Source: an uncultured Gemmatimonadales bacterium
GTDB taxonomy: Bacteria > Gemmatimonadota > Gemmatimonadetes > Gemmatimonadales > Gemmatimonadaceae
Assembly: GCA_963850905.1 (NCBI GenBank)
Contig: CAWKMU010000003.1
Location: 2,528,001 to 2,592,000, forward strand
Direction: 5' to 3'
Length of the DNA stretch: 64,000 nt
The position numbers and the translations under genes are program-made. Shown here piece by piece: positions 61,631-64,000 of this stretch. Numbering within the stretch: position 1 is the stretch's first letter; each line of letters starts with the position of its first letter. The notes under the pieces were generated by a model. That model searched no databases and had not been told where the DNA came from. It was given only the letters and a program-made list of their open reading frames with translations.

Positions 61631-62909
61631 ATGAAGTCAATGATGGGAGTCGTTCCGGTGGCCGCGCTGTGCGCGTGGGGTCTTTGCGTGCAGATGCAAC
61701 CAGCCACGCAAGTTCTTCCTGCGGAGGCCTCGAGACGCGGACCCTCGTCTCGTATTGCGCCAGCGCCCACGGAGCCCGTACTGACCTACACGCCTGGCTC
61801 GACCATCAAGCTCGAACAGCTGATTGGTGACGAGGACAAGCAATTGCGTCAACCGACGTTGAGCCAAACCGTCACACGATACGGGATCGTGGGGACTGAC
61901 CTAGGCAATTCCTTTGAGCATGGGGGCCGAGTCTATTTCCTCTTCGGCGACACCATGGGGCGTTTGGACCGCGCCCTGGATGTGATCGGGACGACGGATG
62001 CGACGGATCCTGAGAGCGGCGTTCGTTTGGATTTCCTCACGTCCGGCAGCGACTATTTGACGATTCAGCCACCGGGTGTCAGCATGGGACCGTTCGAGGT
62101 GCCCGTGGCAGGTATCAGCCTGGCCGATCAGGCGTACGTCGCTGTCTCGACGAACCATTCGGAAGATCGGGCGACGGATCGGTCCGTGCTGACGAAATTC
62201 ACGCCGCCCGCAGCTTTCCAACCGTTGCGGACGATCTCGCAGCTCCCCGAGGGGCATTTCGTCAAGATGTCGTTGCACACGCAGCCCGGGCCGATCGCCG
62301 GGCTCCCTCCCGGCGGGCCGTTCGTGCTGGTGTGGGGCACAGGCGAGTACCGCAAGAGCGACGCGTACTTGTCTGTCGTGCCAGTGGCTCAGTTCGAAAC
62401 TGGCAACGGGACGCGGTACTTCGCTGGCTTGGATGGGAGCGGTGCTCCGACCTGGAGCGAGAAGGAAACCGACGCGCGGCCGACCGTCCAAAACGGCACC
62501 ATGGGCGATCTATCCGTGACGTGGTGCAACGAGCTCGGTGCATGGCTGATGACGTACGACAGTCGAGATCCGGCGCCGCGTGGCATCTCTGTTTTCATAC
62601 TCCCGCACGCCGTGGGGACCTTGGAGCGAGCCGCAGATCATTTTCAATGCGGTGCGGGATGGTGCCATCGGGAAATTCATCCACAACCCCCAGGCCAATC
62701 CGGACGATGGGCTTGCAGGACCCGCAATCGGAAAAGGTCAGGCGAATCCCCAGGCCGTTCGTGGTGGCGCCTACGCGCCGTACGTCATCGAGCGGTGGAC
62801 CAAGGTGCAGGGCTCCGAGCTGCGCCTCTACTACGTGCTGTCGACGTGGAACCCCTACACCGTCGTCCTGATGAAATCACGACTGCGTGTCGAGAATGAC
62901 AGTACGTAG
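61631..62909 (+). CDS. DUF4185-like secreted protein, frameshift near 62590
   Basis: GTDLG, YFLFGDT; after the shift PWGPWSEP, GGAYAPY, STWNPY. Confidence 0.75.
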
Positions 62910-63240
62910 GCTCGGGTGCTGCGCGCCGATCGTGCCGGTTGCAGGCGCGCCGCGTGATCGATGCGGGTTCATTCTCCTGGCGGCGGTGCTCAGCACGGAC
63001 GCGGCTGTCCGAAGACGTGGATCTCGCGGATGTCGGTTCAGGCCTGGCAGAGCTCCTGCGACGCTGCGTCCCCGGGATACCAAAGTCCACTGGCTGATCG
63101 GTCTTTGTCGGCGCAACGATTTCATCGTGTCCCGACGTCGTGCGCGCCGAGCATCCACCAGGATGCCGACGCCGTGCCTCACTGGTGCCGACGGACGGCT
63201 CTACTGCGTGTCTCTCGAGACCTGACCGAGGTGAGCAGCG

Positions 63241-64000
63241 ATGCAGAACAACCTCAACGCGACCATCGATGCCGATGCTGAACGACTGGTCCGCATCTTC
63301 AAGGACATACACCAGAACCCAGAGCTCGGCTTCACCGAGACTCGCACAGCGGGCATCGTCGCGAAGGAGCTGACCGCGCTCGGGTATGAGGTCAAGACCG
63401 GCATCGCCAAAACTGGCGTCGTGGGCATCTTGCGAAACGGCGACGGGCCGGTGGTGATGTATCGAGCCGACATGGATTGCAACGCCGTCAAGGAAACTAC
63501 GGGACTGCCATACGCCAGCACCAAGACGGCCGTACGCAAAGACTCGGACGGCGAGGACGAGGAGGTGCCGCTGATGCACGCGTGTGGGCACGACGCGCAC
63601 ACGACGTGGCTGCTGGGGTTGGCGAAGGCGATGGCTGCGGCCAAGTCCGAGTGGAAGGGCACGTTGGTGGTGGCTGGTCAACCGGCCGAGGAATTGGCCG
63701 CGGGCGCGAAGGCAATGGTGCGAGACGGGATGTACAACAAGGGCGTCCCGAAGCCGGATTATCTCGTCGGCTTGCACACCGCTCCTTTGCCGACAGGTAC
63801 GGTTGTATGCAAACCGGGCGACATGTTCGCGGGTTCGGATGTGCTCGACGTCACGTTTCACGGCATTGGCGGGCACGGCTCGTCGCCCCATCTCACCAAG
63901 GACCCAGTGCTGATGGCATGCGCAGCCGTGGTCCAGTACCAGTTCGTCGTCAGCCGCGCGATCGATCCACTCCGCGCGGCCGTGATCACGGTGGGCGCGA
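63241..64000 (+). CDS. M20 amidohydrolase (runs off window)
   Basis: DIHQNPELGFTE, YRADMD, MHACGHDAH, QPAEE, GIGGHGSSPH. Confidence 0.92.
   Translation, partial: MQNNLNATIDADAERLVRIFKDIHQNPELGFTETRTAGIVAKELTALGYEVKTGIAKTGVVGILRNGDGPVVMYRADMDCNAVKETTGLPYASTKTAVRKDSDGEDEEVPLMHACGHDAHTTWLLGLAKAMAAAKSEWKGTLVVAGQPAEELAAGAKAMVRDGMYNKGVPKPDYLVGLHTAPLPTGTVVCKPGDMFAGSDVLDVTFHGIGGHGSSPHLTKDPVLMACAAVVQYQFVVSRAIDPLRAAVITVGA

Overview
High-GC bacterial chromosome segment, probably Gemmatimonadota (inferred from gene order, the TPR Ser/Thr kinase and DUF4097 content). Bases 1-39.2 kb are mostly housekeeping genes: prmA, rsmE, HIT, rpsU, mutS2, dnaG, recJ, rsmD, coaD, pta, a partner-switch module, rsmA, rex, infC-rpmI-rplT-pheST, zapA, rny, folD, xseAB, ispA, dxs, nadK, recN and galK. 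Several carry single-base frameshifts that look like long-read errors, and the intergenic spaces hold REP and heptamer-armed palindromes. At tRNA-Gly(GCC) (39416-39488) a ~8.5 kb integrated element begins, bounded by a 43-bp duplication of the tRNA 3' half. It encodes a Prim-Pol/helicase, a truncated MT-A70 methylase, an S41 peptidase, a TerS-like HTH protein and a terminase split into ATPase and nuclease genes, but no integrase or capsid. An accessory region follows. The strongest novel candidate there is a translationally coupled operon on the minus strand (53267-55012): a MerR-type promoter, merR, a thioredoxin-like/MerT fusion, and a lipoprotein missed by the ORF track. That lipoprotein has an in-frame UGA in a UxxC motif followed by a SECIS-like hairpin, so it is a probable selenoprotein in a mer-like operon lacking merA and merP. 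All calls come from reading the sequence; no database searches were run.
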